In this document: positions 9,724 through 19,376 of the stretch, piece by piece
How the letters are laid out: each line of letters opens with the position of its first letter
Position numbering within the stretch: position 1 is the first letter of the stretch
Assembly (NCBI GenBank): GCA_963778045.1
Contig: CAVZSY010000005.1
Span: 174,999-238,998 of the forward strand
From: Vulcanimicrobiota bacterium
GTDB lineage: Bacteria > Vulcanimicrobiota > Vulcanimicrobiia > Vulcanimicrobiales > Vulcanimicrobiaceae
Direction: 5' to 3'
DNA length: 64,000 bases
Notes under the pieces: generated by a model
Database searches by the model: none
Seen by the model: the letters and a program-made list of their open reading frames with translations, nothing else
Told to the model about the DNA's origin: nothing
Made by a program: the position numbers and the translations under genes

Positions 9724-9965
9724 CCGTACGTTTTCTTTAGATAGGCGATGATCGCGTCGTCGTCGTCGGCGATCTTGACGTCGCCGTCGGTCATCGATGG
9801 GATGCCCGTGGCACCGAAGAGTTCTTTGACGATGGTGCGCGCACCGTGGTCGGGCGGAACGTTGACGACCTTATAGTCGAGCAACATATCGGTCATCACG
9901 GTGCGCACGCGCGCGCAATACGGGCACCACTCAGCCTGATAAAGGACGATATTCGTGTCTTTCAT
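9720..9965 (-). CDS. Glutaredoxin/thioredoxin-fold protein (CPYC active site)
   Basis: ORF 9720..10055, trimmed to ATG at 9965: MKDTNIVLYQAEWCPYCARVR...GIPSMTDGD. 81 aa, CxxC motif in a Grx-like context. Confidence 0.6.
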   Translation of the reverse strand: MKDTNIVLYQAEWCPYCARVRTVMTDMLLDYKVVNVPPDHGARTIVKELFGATGIPSMTDGDVKIADDDDAIIAYLKKTYG

Positions 9966-10038
9966 TCCGGAGTCAAGCTTGCGCGGCCGGAGGTGGGCGT
10001 CCCTTCCGAGCCGTACCGGTAGGAAACGGAGAGCGCAG

Positions 10039-10746
10039 ATGACGCAAGCAATCAACGGCGACCGGTTCCTCTACAGAGCGATTCTCGCATCGCTCGTGCT
10101 GCATGTCGTACTGCTCGCGCTGATTCCGCCGCTGACCGTATCCGAGGGCGCTCAAACCGTCGAAACGATCGCGTTCGTGCACGTTGTCAAGTTGCAGATC
10201 GAACGCCCGACACCCAGACCACCCGCCGCGGTGATGGCGCAAGCGCGATCATTTTCCGTCATCCCGACCGTCGCGATCGCTCACCGCGTCGCGGTCCGCC
10301 CGCATCGCAACCGCGCGATCGCGAGCCCTACGCCGCAGGTGCAGCGGGCGCCGGTCGTCGCCGTGGTCGCTCACCCGGGCGACGCGAACGCCACGGTGCG
10401 CGACGACAACGCCCCCGTTGCCTCGCCGAGCGTGGCGCCGGCCCCACCGCAGGATCAAAATCCGCCCAGCCGGCAGTTGCCTGGGGGCATGATGCCGCTA
10501 GGCGTCGATGAGCCCGTTCCCGTGCTCGAGCCCTCGGTGCACAAGGCGCTGCTCGCGCTCGGCGTCCACGTGACCTTGACCGTGACGGTCGACGAACACG
10601 GGCACACCAAGAGCATCGCCTTCGCGCCTCCGCTGGCCGGAGAGGTGGAGAATACGATCCGTTCGCTGCTGGCGTCCGCGTCATGGGATCCCGCGGTGTG
10701 CGGTGCGGGCATGGCCTGCGAAGGCAGCGCGACGATCAGACTCTGA
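10039..10746 (+). CDS. TonB-like energy-transducer family protein (N-terminal anchor, Pro/Ala-rich linker, C-terminal beta domain)
   Basis: ORF 9955..10746 from ATG 10039, after AGGAAACGGAGAG. One TM (AILASLVLHVVLLALIPP), a P/A-rich spacer, and C-terminal VHVTLTVTVDEHGHTKSIAFAPP...TIRSLLASASWDP, which is TonB_C-like. Confidence 0.4.
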   Translation: MTQAINGDRFLYRAILASLVLHVVLLALIPPLTVSEGAQTVETIAFVHVVKLQIERPTPRPPAAVMAQARSFSVIPTVAIAHRVAVRPHRNRAIASPTPQVQRAPVVAVVAHPGDANATVRDDNAPVASPSVAPAPPQDQNPPSRQLPGGMMPLGVDEPVPVLEPSVHKALLALGVHVTLTVTVDEHGHTKSIAFAPPLAGEVENTIRSLLASASWDPAVCGAGMACEGSATIRL

Positions 10747-11230
10747 CGATCGCGCTCGATCCGCCGGCGCCGCGTCCGCCGATGAGCACGCCGTCCTCGA
10801 ATGTCAGATCGCGTATGCCCAGGTCCGCGAAACCGATTGCGCGCACCGCCGGCGTCATGCCCGCCACGAACACGGCCACGGCACCGTCGATGCTGCGCAC
10901 CACGCGTCTGGCGAAGCGCACCTCGCGTATGTATGCATCACGTTCGTGCGAAAATTGCGTCGCGACCAGCGAACAATGCCGATGTCCGACCGCGCCGTCG
11001 ACTTGGAGAATGCCGCGCCGGTCAAATGGCCGCAGCGCAATGCCCGGCAGATAGCGATCGTGCACTTCGCTGGCGACAAACGCCGGCTTCCACAGGAGCG
11101 CCTGCGATCCGCGGTAGGCGTAACCACGCGCGAAACGCGTCGCAAGCGCGAGCGCATCACCTGGGTCGATCCCGTGCACGCACACGACATCGGGATCGCG
11201 CGCGGCGATCGCCTCCGCGACCGAACGCAT
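10736..11230 (-). CDS. Endonuclease/exonuclease/phosphatase (EEP) family protein; N-terminus uncertain or truncated
   Basis: ORF 10736..11230. RDPDVVCVHGID, HCSLVATQFSHE, AVAVFVAGM fit the EEP fold. The reading frame stays open upstream (..ALSLLSVAGNLARSGA) into the arginase 3' end with no ATG/GTG/TTG. Confidence 0.5.
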   Translation of the reverse strand: MRSVAEAIAARDPDVVCVHGIDPGDALALATRFARGYAYRGSQALLWKPAFVASEVHDRYLPGIALRPFDRRGILQVDGAVGHRHCSLVATQFSHERDAYIREVRFARRVVRSIDGAVAVFVAGMTPAVRAIGFADLGIRDLTFEDGVLIGGRGAGGSSAIVRV

Positions 11231-11280
11231 CGCGCCGGAGCGGGCGAGGTTCCCCGCGACCGAAAGCAGCGAGAGCGCGG

Positions 11281-12171
11281 CTAGAGGATCGATTTTCCCA
11301 GCGCCGAGCAGATCAATCCAACCGCGAGCGCGGCGGTCTGATTGCGCGTATCCAGGATCGGATTGATCTCGACCATTTCGATCGATCCCAGATGTCCCGA
11401 CTCGTAGAGCATCTCGAGCGCGAGGTGCGCTTCGCGGAAGCTCAAACCGCCTTTGACCGGCGTTCCCGTGCCCGGTGCCTCGCTCGGATCGATGCCGTCC
11501 ATGTCAAACGATACGTGCATCGCGCGGCCGTCGGCTCCCGCGATCGCCAGCGTTTCTTCCATCACACGCGTCATGCCCAAACGATCGACATCGGTCATCG
11601 AAAAGGCGCGCACGCCCGACTCTCGCAATAAGCGCTTCTCGTTTTCGTCGACGTCGCGCAAGCCGATTTGTACCGTCGTCTCGGCACGCGCGAAGCCCCG
11701 CTCCAGCGCGAACCACAGCGGCATGCCGTGCACGTTACCGCTAGGCGAACTCTGCGGACTGTTGATGTCGGCGTGCGCGTCGATCCACACCAAACCCGGC
11801 GGCGTCCCGCGCGCGCGCGTCAACCCGGCTAGCGTTCCCATCGCGATCGAGTGATCGCCGCCGAGGACGATCGGCAAGCCGCCGTCACGCACGCTCTGTT
11901 CCACGATGCCGGCCAATTCATCGCACACGGCGTCGATCACGCTTAGATATTTCGCGTGCGTATCGGTCGCTTCGATCGCCTCGCGGATCGGCACGCTCAG
12001 ATTCCCGTGGTCGACGATGGTGGCGATCCCCAGCGCGCGCAGGCGTTCGTGCAGCTTCGCGTAGCGAATCGCCGAGGGACCCATGTCGACGCCGCGCCGG
12101 CTCGCACCCAAATCCATCGGGACGCCGATGATGTCGACGCGGCTCGTTCGCACGGGGGTCGTCGTTACCAT
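11281..12171 (-). CDS. rocF: Arginase (ureohydrolase family)
   Basis: Part of ORF 11281..12834, from ATG 12171. Mn-site motifs GGDHSIAMG, WIDAHADIN, SFDMDGIDP, plus the arginase-type SGNVHGMPL. Confidence 0.8.
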   Translation of the reverse strand: MVTTTPVRTSRVDIIGVPMDLGASRRGVDMGPSAIRYAKLHERLRALGIATIVDHGNLSVPIREAIEATDTHAKYLSVIDAVCDELAGIVEQSVRDGGLPIVLGGDHSIAMGTLAGLTRARGTPPGLVWIDAHADINSPQSSPSGNVHGMPLWFALERGFARAETTVQIGLRDVDENEKRLLRESGVRAFSMTDVDRLGMTRVMEETLAIAGADGRAMHVSFDMDGIDPSEAPGTGTPVKGGLSFREAHLALEMLYESGHLGSIEMVEINPILDTRNQTAALAVGLICSALGKSIL

Positions 12172-12632
12172 CGCTGCTCGAGTCCTTCGGTGGCGCGGTT
12201 GGGGTAGAGGCGCTTGACCGTCCAGGTCAGCGCGAACGACAGAGCGTTCATCACCGGTTTGATCGCGCTTGCCGCGCCGCCGGTATAGCCGTCGTCGATG
12301 TCGAGCACGGCGAGAAACGAACCGTGCCGTTGCGGCAGCGTGGAACTCCATGCCCGCGCGCGGTCGATCGCCTGCGGATCGCGCCCGGCGATCGCCGCGA
12401 ACACCGATCCGTCGTCCGGCGCGGCGGCGACGATCTCGGCGAAGGCGCGGTGGCTCAGGCCCATCGAATGCAAAAACTCGCGGTCGATCGGCGATTGGCC
12501 GTACAAATAGGGACCCAGCGTACCGGCCAGCGCGGCGCGTGTCTTGTCGATCAGTCGCGGCATCCACGCGATGCCGTCGATCTCGGTGTTCCAGCGGCGC
12601 GGCGGCTCGCGGCGCAAATCTCGTGCGTGCAT
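12165..12632 (-). CDS. DUF5069-like protein
   Basis: ORF 12165..12632. GIAWMPRLIDKTRAALAGTLGPYLYG resembles the DUF5069 signature as I recall it. 7-nt overlap with the arginase start suggests one operon. Confidence 0.45.
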   Translation of the reverse strand: MHARDLRREPPRRWNTEIDGIAWMPRLIDKTRAALAGTLGPYLYGQSPIDREFLHSMGLSHRAFAEIVAAAPDDGSVFAAIAGRDPQAIDRARAWSSTLPQRHGSFLAVLDIDDGYTGGAASAIKPVMNALSFALTWTVKRLYPNRATEGLEQRW

Positions 12633-12688
12633 GGCGATGCGCTTCGGTACGAAGGCATCGGCTTCCCCGAGTCGTAACTTCTGGCGCG

Positions 12689-13714
12689 ATGCACCACCGG
12701 GCCGGCGCCGTGCTCTTGCTCACCGCCTCCCTTCTCGCGCTTACCGGTTGCTGGCACCATCGCGGACCGCGCCCGGGACAGCTCACGCTGGGCATGGTCA
12801 CCGACGTCGGCGGCCTGGGCGACCGATCGTTCAACGACTCCGCCTACCGCGGCCTCGTTCGCGCGAACGCGCAACTCGGCGCCTACGTCCAAGTGCTGCA
12901 GTCGCGCTCGGCGGCCGACTACCAGCCCAACTTGATCGCGCTGACCAACCTGCACTTCGATATGATTTACGCGATCGGCTTTCTGATGAGCCTGGATCTC
13001 GAACAGGTCGCAAAGGAGAATCCCGCTCAGCGCTATGCGATCGTCGACGCGGTCGTCGACGAACCCAACGTGGTTTCGATCACGTTTCGCGAGCAGGACG
13101 GCTCGTTCTTGGCCGGCGCGCTGGCGGCGATGGTCAGCAAGACGCACCACATCGCGTTCCTGGGGGGGCAAGACATTCCGCTACTGCGCAAATTCGAAGC
13201 CGGCTATATCGCCGGCGCGCGCGAGATCGATCCGGCCATTGTGGTCGACGTCAAATACGTCGGCAGTTTCGACGACGTCGCGGCCGGTCAGGAACTCTCG
13301 GACATTCTGTTCAACGGCGGCGCCGACATCGTGTATGCGGCCGCCGGCAAAGCGGGCCTGGGCGCGATCGACGCAGTCAAGGCGCGCACCGGTGATTTCG
13401 TCATCGGGGTCGACTCCGACCAAGACGCGCTCGCGCCCGGCAAGATCCTCACCTCGATGGTCAAGAAAGTCGACGTCGCGGTCTTCGATGTCGCGAAGTC
13501 GCTCCAAGACGGCCGGCCGATGCACGGGCACGTCGTGTTCGGACTAAAGGACGGGGCGATCGGGTTGACCGATTTCCGTTACACCAAGCGCGATATCGGC
13601 GCCGCGCACCTGGCTCTGCTCGCGCGCGTTCAGAAAGCGATCGTCGACGGCCGGATCGTACCGCCCGACACACGCGAAGCACTGGCCGCGTTCAAACCGG
13701 TGCCGCTACCGTGA
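12689..13714 (+). CDS. BMP/PnrA-family ABC substrate-binding lipoprotein (nucleoside/purine-type)
   Basis: Part of ORF 12269..13714, from ATG 12689. Lipobox LLALTGC, then MVTDVGGLGDRSFNDSAY, FLGGQDIP, VIGVDSDQ. Confidence 0.8.
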   Translation: MHHRAGAVLLLTASLLALTGCWHHRGPRPGQLTLGMVTDVGGLGDRSFNDSAYRGLVRANAQLGAYVQVLQSRSAADYQPNLIALTNLHFDMIYAIGFLMSLDLEQVAKENPAQRYAIVDAVVDEPNVVSITFREQDGSFLAGALAAMVSKTHHIAFLGGQDIPLLRKFEAGYIAGAREIDPAIVVDVKYVGSFDDVAAGQELSDILFNGGADIVYAAAGKAGLGAIDAVKARTGDFVIGVDSDQDALAPGKILTSMVKKVDVAVFDVAKSLQDGRPMHGHVVFGLKDGAIGLTDFRYTKRDIGAAHLALLARVQKAIVDGRIVPPDTREALAAFKPVPLP

Positions 13715-15132
13715 ATCGCGCGCAGCCCGCGCTCACGCTGCGCGGCATCGTCAAGCGTTACTCCGGCGTCGTCGCCGTCGACGGCGTCGACCTCGAGCTT
13801 TTCCCCGGTGAAATCCACGCACTGGTCGGCGAGAACGGCGCGGGAAAATCCACGCTTTCGGCGATCGCCTATGGCGAACTGCGGCCCGACGCCGGCAGCG
13901 TGACCGCGCGCGGAAGCGTCGGTCTGGTCCATCAGCATTTCGAGTTGATCGGACGCCTGCGCGTTTGGCAAAACGTTTTGCTCGGACGCGAGCCGCATCG
14001 TGGATGGCGCATCGACGAAGCGGCCGCACGCGAGCGCGTCCGTGAGGTCGCGCGGCGCAACGGCCTCGACATCGATCCCGACGCGTACGTCGACACATTA
14101 CCAATCGGCGTGCAGCAACGCGTCGAACTGTTGCGCGAACTCGATCGCGAGCCGTCCGTGTTGCTGCTCGACGAACCGACCGCGGCGCTCGCGCCGGCCG
14201 AGATCGCAAGCTTCTTCGCCACGGTCGTCGACCTAGCTGCGCGCGGCACCGCGGTGATGATCGTCACGCACAAACTGCAGGAAGTGATGGCGTACGCACA
14301 GCGCGTCACGGTCATGCGTCACGGTACGATCGTCGCGCGCATGGATGCAGCGCAAACCGGCGTCGAGGCAATCGCGCGCGCGATGGTCGGCGGCGATCTT
14401 CCGCGGATCGCCGAGCGATCGGCGACGGTGATGGCTCCATGCCTGCGCGTCGCGAATCTCAGCGCCGGTGACGGCGAGTCGCGCATCGCGTCGCTTTCTT
14501 TCGACGTGCGCGGCGGTGAGATCGTCGGCATCGCCGGCGTCGAAGGCAACGGGCAGACGACGCTTGCCGATGCGCTCGCGGGCGTCGTCCCATATGACGG
14601 AACGATCGCGCGCGACGGGGACGCCGGTATCGTGCCGCAGGACCGGCAACGCGAAGCGCTGGTCATGAATTGGTCGCTGGTCGACAACGCGCTGCTCGGG
14701 CGTCAGCACCGCCCGTCATCCCGGCACGGTGCCGTGATCGACCGTGCCAAGGCACGCGCGCAAACGCAGCGCATCGTCGAGCGGTTCGATATTCGCACGC
14801 CCGGCGTCGACGTCGCCGTACGCACCCTCTCGGGCGGCAATCAGCAAAAGCTCGTCGTGGGACGAGCATTGCTCGACGACCCCGCGTTCGTGCTAGCGTA
14901 CAATCCGACGCGTGGCATCGACGTCGGGGCCGGCGCGCTGGTGCAATCGCGTCTGATGGAAGCGCGCAATCGCGGCGCCGCCGTCTTACTGATCTCGTTC
15001 GAGCTCGACGAACTCCTCACGCTCGCGGATCGGATTTTGATCATGTATCGCGGCAACATCGTCGGAGAGGAATCGCGCGACGCCTTCGACCGCGGCGAGA
15101 TCGGGCGCCGCATGGCGGGAGCGCAGCAATGA
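13711..15132 (+). CDS. ABC transporter ATP-binding protein, tandem NBD (sugar/nucleoside type)
   Basis: ORF 13711..15132. Walker A GENGAGKST, LLLDEPTAAL, second domain GVEGNGQ, LSGGNQQK. Confidence 0.85.
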   Translation: MNRAQPALTLRGIVKRYSGVVAVDGVDLELFPGEIHALVGENGAGKSTLSAIAYGELRPDAGSVTARGSVGLVHQHFELIGRLRVWQNVLLGREPHRGWRIDEAAARERVREVARRNGLDIDPDAYVDTLPIGVQQRVELLRELDREPSVLLLDEPTAALAPAEIASFFATVVDLAARGTAVMIVTHKLQEVMAYAQRVTVMRHGTIVARMDAAQTGVEAIARAMVGGDLPRIAERSATVMAPCLRVANLSAGDGESRIASLSFDVRGGEIVGIAGVEGNGQTTLADALAGVVPYDGTIARDGDAGIVPQDRQREALVMNWSLVDNALLGRQHRPSSRHGAVIDRAKARAQTQRIVERFDIRTPGVDVAVRTLSGGNQQKLVVGRALLDDPAFVLAYNPTRGIDVGAGALVQSRLMEARNRGAAVLLISFELDELLTLADRILIMYRGNIVGEESRDAFDRGEIGRRMAGAQQ

Positions 15133-16139
15133 ACGCGCTCAAAGGCTTTCGCACACCGCTTGCCGCGCTGGTGCTCATCGTCGTGCTGATGTCACTAGCG
15201 ATGATCGTCGCGGGCACGAGCCCGGTGGACGGTTTTAGCGCGCTCATCATCGGCGCACTCGGCGGTCGCGATCAGATCGGCGAGACGCTCGTCGCCACCA
15301 GCGCCCTGCTCTTTCCCGCCCTGGGCATTTGCCTCGCGTTTCGCGCCGGGCTCTTCAACATCGGTGCCGAGGGTCAATTGATCGTCGGCGCGCTGTTCGC
15401 CGGCGCGATCGGTGAGTATCTACAGGTGCCCGGACCGATCGGCATCGCGCTGCTCTTGGCGGCGGGCGCGATCGGCGGCGGGCTGTGGGGCGCGATCGCG
15501 GGGTGGATGAAGGCGCGCTTCGGCGCCAACGAGATCATCACGACCCTGATGCTCAACTTCGTCGCCGCCGCGTTCGCGTTGGAACTGGTCAGCGGCCCGC
15601 TCAAAGGTCCGCTCGCCGCCGGCGCCGAGACCGCGTGGCTCGCACCGCCGTACTGGCTGGCGACCCTGCTCCCCGGAACGCGTCTTTCGATCGGAATCCT
15701 CTTCGCGATCGCGCTTGCGTTCGCGCTGCAATGGACGCTGCGGCGCACGGTCTTCGGGTACGATGTACGCGCGAGCGGCGAAGCCCCCGAAGCGGCTCGC
15801 CGCAGCGGCATCAACCTCGGACGCATCACGTGGGTCGTTCTCACGCTCTCGGGCGCGATCGCGGGACTGGGCGGCGCGACGATCGTGACCGGCGAATTGC
15901 ACCGCTTCAATACGCAACTCTCGCCCGGATACGGCTTCACCGCGATCGCCGTGGCACTCGTCGGCGATCTGGAGCCGCTTTGGATCTGCGTCGCTGCCTT
16001 CGGCTTCGGCATCCTGGAAGCGGGTGGCCTCGCGATGCAAGCCAGCGCGCAGGTCCCCAAAGATGCAATCCACGTCATCGAAGGCCTCATCATCTTCGTA
16101 CTTTCCGCGCGCCGCTACGCGTTTCGAGATACCGCATGA
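15129..16139 (+). CDS. ABC transporter permease
   Basis: Part of ORF 14670..16139, from ATG 15129 (overlaps the ATPase stop). Polytopic, FNIGAEGQL motif typical of BMP-system permeases. Confidence 0.8.
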   Translation: MNALKGFRTPLAALVLIVVLMSLAMIVAGTSPVDGFSALIIGALGGRDQIGETLVATSALLFPALGICLAFRAGLFNIGAEGQLIVGALFAGAIGEYLQVPGPIGIALLLAAGAIGGGLWGAIAGWMKARFGANEIITTLMLNFVAAAFALELVSGPLKGPLAAGAETAWLAPPYWLATLLPGTRLSIGILFAIALAFALQWTLRRTVFGYDVRASGEAPEAARRSGINLGRITWVVLTLSGAIAGLGGATIVTGELHRFNTQLSPGYGFTAIAVALVGDLEPLWICVAAFGFGILEAGGLAMQASAQVPKDAIHVIEGLIIFVLSARRYAFRDTA

Positions 16140-16996
16140 CTCAATTCTTGCTCACGCTGCTCCTCCTCACGCTGATCAAGGCGACGCCGATCATCTACGC
16201 CGCGCTTGGCGGCGTTATCTCCGAACGCGCCGGAGTGATCAACATCGGGTTGGAAGGCATGATGGCTGCGGGCGCATTTACGGCCGTGGTCGTTTCGTAT
16301 GCTACGCATAGCCCGATCCTCGGCTTGCTCGCCGGTATAGCAGCCGGCGCGCTGATCGGTTATCTGCTCGCCGTCGCCGCGACGCGTTTCAAAGTCGACC
16401 AGATTGTCGCCGGAATGGGCTTGAACATCATGTGTGCCGGCGGCGCCGCCTATGGCCTCGTCCTGCTCTTCAATCAACCCGGTGCAAGCACGCAAGTCAA
16501 CAGCCTGGGAAGCGCCTATTGGACGCTGGTCGCGCTCGCCTTCGTGCTAGCCGCCGCGCTCCAATGGGTACTGTACCGTACGCCCTGGGGTCTGCGCGTG
16601 CGCGCCTGTGGTGAAAATCCCGCTGCCGTCGCATCGGCCGGCCTCGATCCGCTCGCACTTCGCATGTACGCGGTGATCGCCAGCGGCGCGCTCGCGGGAC
16701 TTGGCGGCGCGTTTCTTTCGATCGGAGAGCTGAATCTCTACTCCGACGGCATGACCGCCGGACGTGGCTTCATCGCCCTCGCCGCCGTGATCTTCGGGCG
16801 CTGGCATCCCGTCGGCGCAACGATCGCCTGCGTCATCTTCGGCTTCTTCGAAGCACTTCAATTCGTCGTGCAAGGCCAAATTGCGTGGCTCCCCGCCAAC
16901 GCGATGCAAGCGCTGCCCTATATTGCCGCACTCGTTGCGCTGGCGGGAATCACCGGCCGCGTGCGCGCACCGGCCAGCGACGGCGTTCCGTATTAA
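16136..16996 (+). CDS. ABC transporter permease
   Basis: Part of ORF 15485..16996, from ATG 16136. IIYAALGGVISERAGVINIGLEGMM motif, polytopic. Confidence 0.8.
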   Translation: MTQFLLTLLLLTLIKATPIIYAALGGVISERAGVINIGLEGMMAAGAFTAVVVSYATHSPILGLLAGIAAGALIGYLLAVAATRFKVDQIVAGMGLNIMCAGGAAYGLVLLFNQPGASTQVNSLGSAYWTLVALAFVLAAALQWVLYRTPWGLRVRACGENPAAVASAGLDPLALRMYAVIASGALAGLGGAFLSIGELNLYSDGMTAGRGFIALAAVIFGRWHPVGATIACVIFGFFEALQFVVQGQIAWLPANAMQALPYIAALVALAGITGRVRAPASDGVPY

Positions 16997-17048
16997 ACCG
17001 ATTGGCCAACGCTCGCGTTTGAAGCGATGTGCTATACTCTGCACTAAC

Positions 17049-18059
17049 GTGGGCGCGAATACGCATCTGCATCGCATCGCTGCGATTCTCATCGTGACGC
17101 TGTTGCTTCTTATCGGAGCACGCTCACCTGCGCGCGCGACGCTCGTCCCCCCTCCGATGCAACTGTTGCGCGCCGATCTCCACCGTATGGCCGTACGCTT
17201 CCCCGCATCCAGCGCCGTCGAAGTGATGGACCTCTCCACCGGCTACCACATCGGCTACAACGACGCCGCCGTCATGCCCGCTGCATCGACGATCAAAGTC
17301 CCGGTCATGGTCGAAGTCTTCAAAAAACTCGAAGCCGGGGCATTCGACCTTGACCGCCGCGTCACGCTGCTCTCCAGCGATAAAGATTACGGCTCGGGCG
17401 ATCTCTGCGACGCCTCTGCCGGCAGCACGTACACCGTCGCCGAACTCCTCGACAAGATGATCGACATCAGCGATAACACCGCGACCAATATGCTGATCCG
17501 CCTCGTCGGTCTACACAGCATCAACGTCACGATGGCGAACCTCGGCCTGCGGCATACGCATTTGCGCGGTTACGTCCGCACCGACAACTGGGATGTACGC
17601 CAAGCGCTGCAATCATCTCCGAGCGACATGGTCCACCTGCTTGCCCTCATGGCCAAGCGAGAGCTCGTCGACGACTGGTCGTCCAACGAAATGATCTCGA
17701 TCCTCGAAGAAGATCAGATCAACACGCTACTCCCTGAACCGCTCCCGCAAGGCATCGTCATCGCCCACAAGACCGGCAGCTTCTTCGACACCCTCAACGA
17801 CGTCGGCATCGTCTACGGTGAAACGCCGTATGTGATCGCCGTCATGACCACGCATCTTCCCTCGCTGAGCATCGGCCGCACCTTCATCCGCCACCTCTCG
17901 CTGCTCGCCTTCAAAGAAGAAGCCCGCATGACCGCCTGGCGCAACCTCGTCGGCGTCCACACCTTCGACGCCACAAGCGGCGCCACATCACCCGACCTAC
18001 GCTACTGGCAACACAGCCCCGCGGATGTGGGCGCGACGCAGAGCGGGGGATTCCGCTGA
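17049..18059 (+). CDS. Class A beta-lactamase-family serine hydrolase, secreted
   Basis: Part of ORF 16881..18059, from GTG 17049. Signal-like N-terminus, then SxxK (ASTIK), SDN (ISDNTA) and KTG (HKTGS) boxes. Confidence 0.65.
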   Translation: MGANTHLHRIAAILIVTLLLLIGARSPARATLVPPPMQLLRADLHRMAVRFPASSAVEVMDLSTGYHIGYNDAAVMPAASTIKVPVMVEVFKKLEAGAFDLDRRVTLLSSDKDYGSGDLCDASAGSTYTVAELLDKMIDISDNTATNMLIRLVGLHSINVTMANLGLRHTHLRGYVRTDNWDVRQALQSSPSDMVHLLALMAKRELVDDWSSNEMISILEEDQINTLLPEPLPQGIVIAHKTGSFFDTLNDVGIVYGETPYVIAVMTTHLPSLSIGRTFIRHLSLLAFKEEARMTAWRNLVGVHTFDATSGATSPDLRYWQHSPADVGATQSGGFR

Positions 18060-18170
18060 ATTGATTGCGCCGGCTGGGACCAGCAGACATAAAAAAACCG
18101 CATCGTGCGGTTTTTTTATTCGGACGATTTTTCGTACGCTGCCGGTCCCAACCGGCGCAATCAATTCAGC
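18055..18170. repeat. 27-bp inverted repeat (26/27) enclosing a 62-nt spacer; MITE/REP-like structured element
   Basis: Left arm 18055-18081 gctgaattgattgcgccggctgggacc. Right arm 18144-18170 ggtcccaaccggcgcaatcaattcagc. The left arm covers the beta-lactamase-like stop codon. Confidence 0.6.
18091..18117. terminator. Bidirectional rho-independent terminator between convergent genes
   Basis: aaaaaaaccgca-tcg-tgcggttttttt: a GC stem flanked by an A7 run and a T7 run, so it works on either strand. Confidence 0.6.
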
Positions 18171-18211
18171 TCCCACACTCTACGGGCCGAGGAAAAATTG
18201 TTGTTGGATTT

Positions 18212-18311
18212 GCAGCGCTTCGCGTGGGGGCGTACGGATTTTTCGCCTTCACAGGACGTGAACTTCAAAACTTCGTTTTGCGAAAAATTCGTCTCCCACG
18301 CGAAGCGCTGC
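18212..18311. repeat. Long imperfect hairpin (19-bp outer stem plus 12-bp inner stem) in the ilvE 3' region
   Basis: gcagcgcttcgcgtggggg (18212-18230) pairs with ctcccacgcgaagcgctgc (18293-18311), 18/19. Inside, acggatttttcg (18234-18245) pairs with cgaaaaattcgt (18281-18292). Confidence 0.55.
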
Positions 18312-18334
18312 GAAGCCAACGACGAGCCGGCGCC

Positions 18335-19280
18335 CTAAACCCCAGCCTTTTGACGCGATGCATACGTAGCGGTAAGCCACGAAGCGAACTGCGGTTCTTG
18401 ATTGTGCACCGCGCGCATATACGTCTCCGACAATATCTTGGCGATGGGGCCGAGGGTACCGTCGCCGACGGTACGATGATCGAGGGAGGCGACGTGGGCG
18501 ATGCCGGCGGCGGTGCCGGTGAAGAAGATTTCGTCGGCGGCGTAGAGTTCGCCGCGGTCAATCGAGCGTTCGACGGTTTTGATGCCCATGGATTCCGCGA
18601 TCGTCATGATGGCGCGACGCGGTACAGCCTTCGAGAACGTTTTGCGACGGGTCGGGCGTGTAGAGCGTGCCGTCGCGGACGATGAAGACGTTTTCGGCCG
18701 AGCCTTCGGCGACGTGACCGTCGTGCGAGAGCAGGATCGCTTCGTCGAAGCCGTTGGTGACGGCTTCGGTTTTGGCCAGCGCCGAGTTCACGTAGAGGCC
18801 GGTGATCTTGGCACGCGGCGGAGCCATCGTGTCGTCGGCGCGGCGCCACGAACTGATGCAGACGTTCAGGCCTTTGGTCGTGTCGAGATAGCTGCTGAAT
18901 GGCACCGGGATGATCGCGAAATAGTCGGGGACGTTGTGCAGGCGAACGCCGATGTCTTCGGCGCATTTGAAGATGCACGGGCGCAGATAGACATCGGTTT
19001 CGAACGCGTTGCGCGCGCAGATTTCGGCGGTGATGTCGATCAGTTCGTCGAGCGTGTGCGGGAGTTTCATCAACAGGATTTTTGCCGAGATCGCCAGGCG
19101 CTGGTAATGTTCGCGCAGCAGCACGAGGTGCAGTTCTTTGTCTTGCGCGTTCCAGTAGCCGCGAATGCCTTCGAAACATCCGGTGCCGTATTGCAGACCG
19201 TGCGTGAGGAGACCGACCTTGGCCTCGTCGTAGCGCCGGAACGATCCGCCCGCATAGACGATCGTCGATGAAAGATCCAC
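18335..19280 (-). pseudogene. ilvE: Branched-chain amino acid aminotransferase, one +1 frameshift as sequenced
   Basis: ORF 18558..19535 gives N-terminal VYAGGSF...GLQYGTGCFEGIRGYW...AKITGLYVNSALAK...NVLEG. ORF 18335..18607 gives C-terminal MTIAESMGIKTVERSIDRGELY..FFTGTAA. Removing one base near 18620 gives EGCTRRAIMTIAE. GTG 19280 follows AAGGAG. 946 nt = 3n+1. Confidence 0.75.
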
Positions 19281-19376
19281 GCCGTTAATACTCCTTAACG
19301 AAAGCCGTTTCGATTCACTAAAAACAGAAGACCAGCGAAGGTTGCCGTGTGTCTCGCGGCGCACTTCGAACGCGCG

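Noticed and set aside
18105-18338. 77-aa ORF (and overlapping ORFs 18025..18261 and 18065..18685) in the structured intergenic region.
   Set aside because: There is no RBS. The composition and sequence are dictated by the inverted repeats and terminator, and no recognisable motif is present. More likely non-coding.
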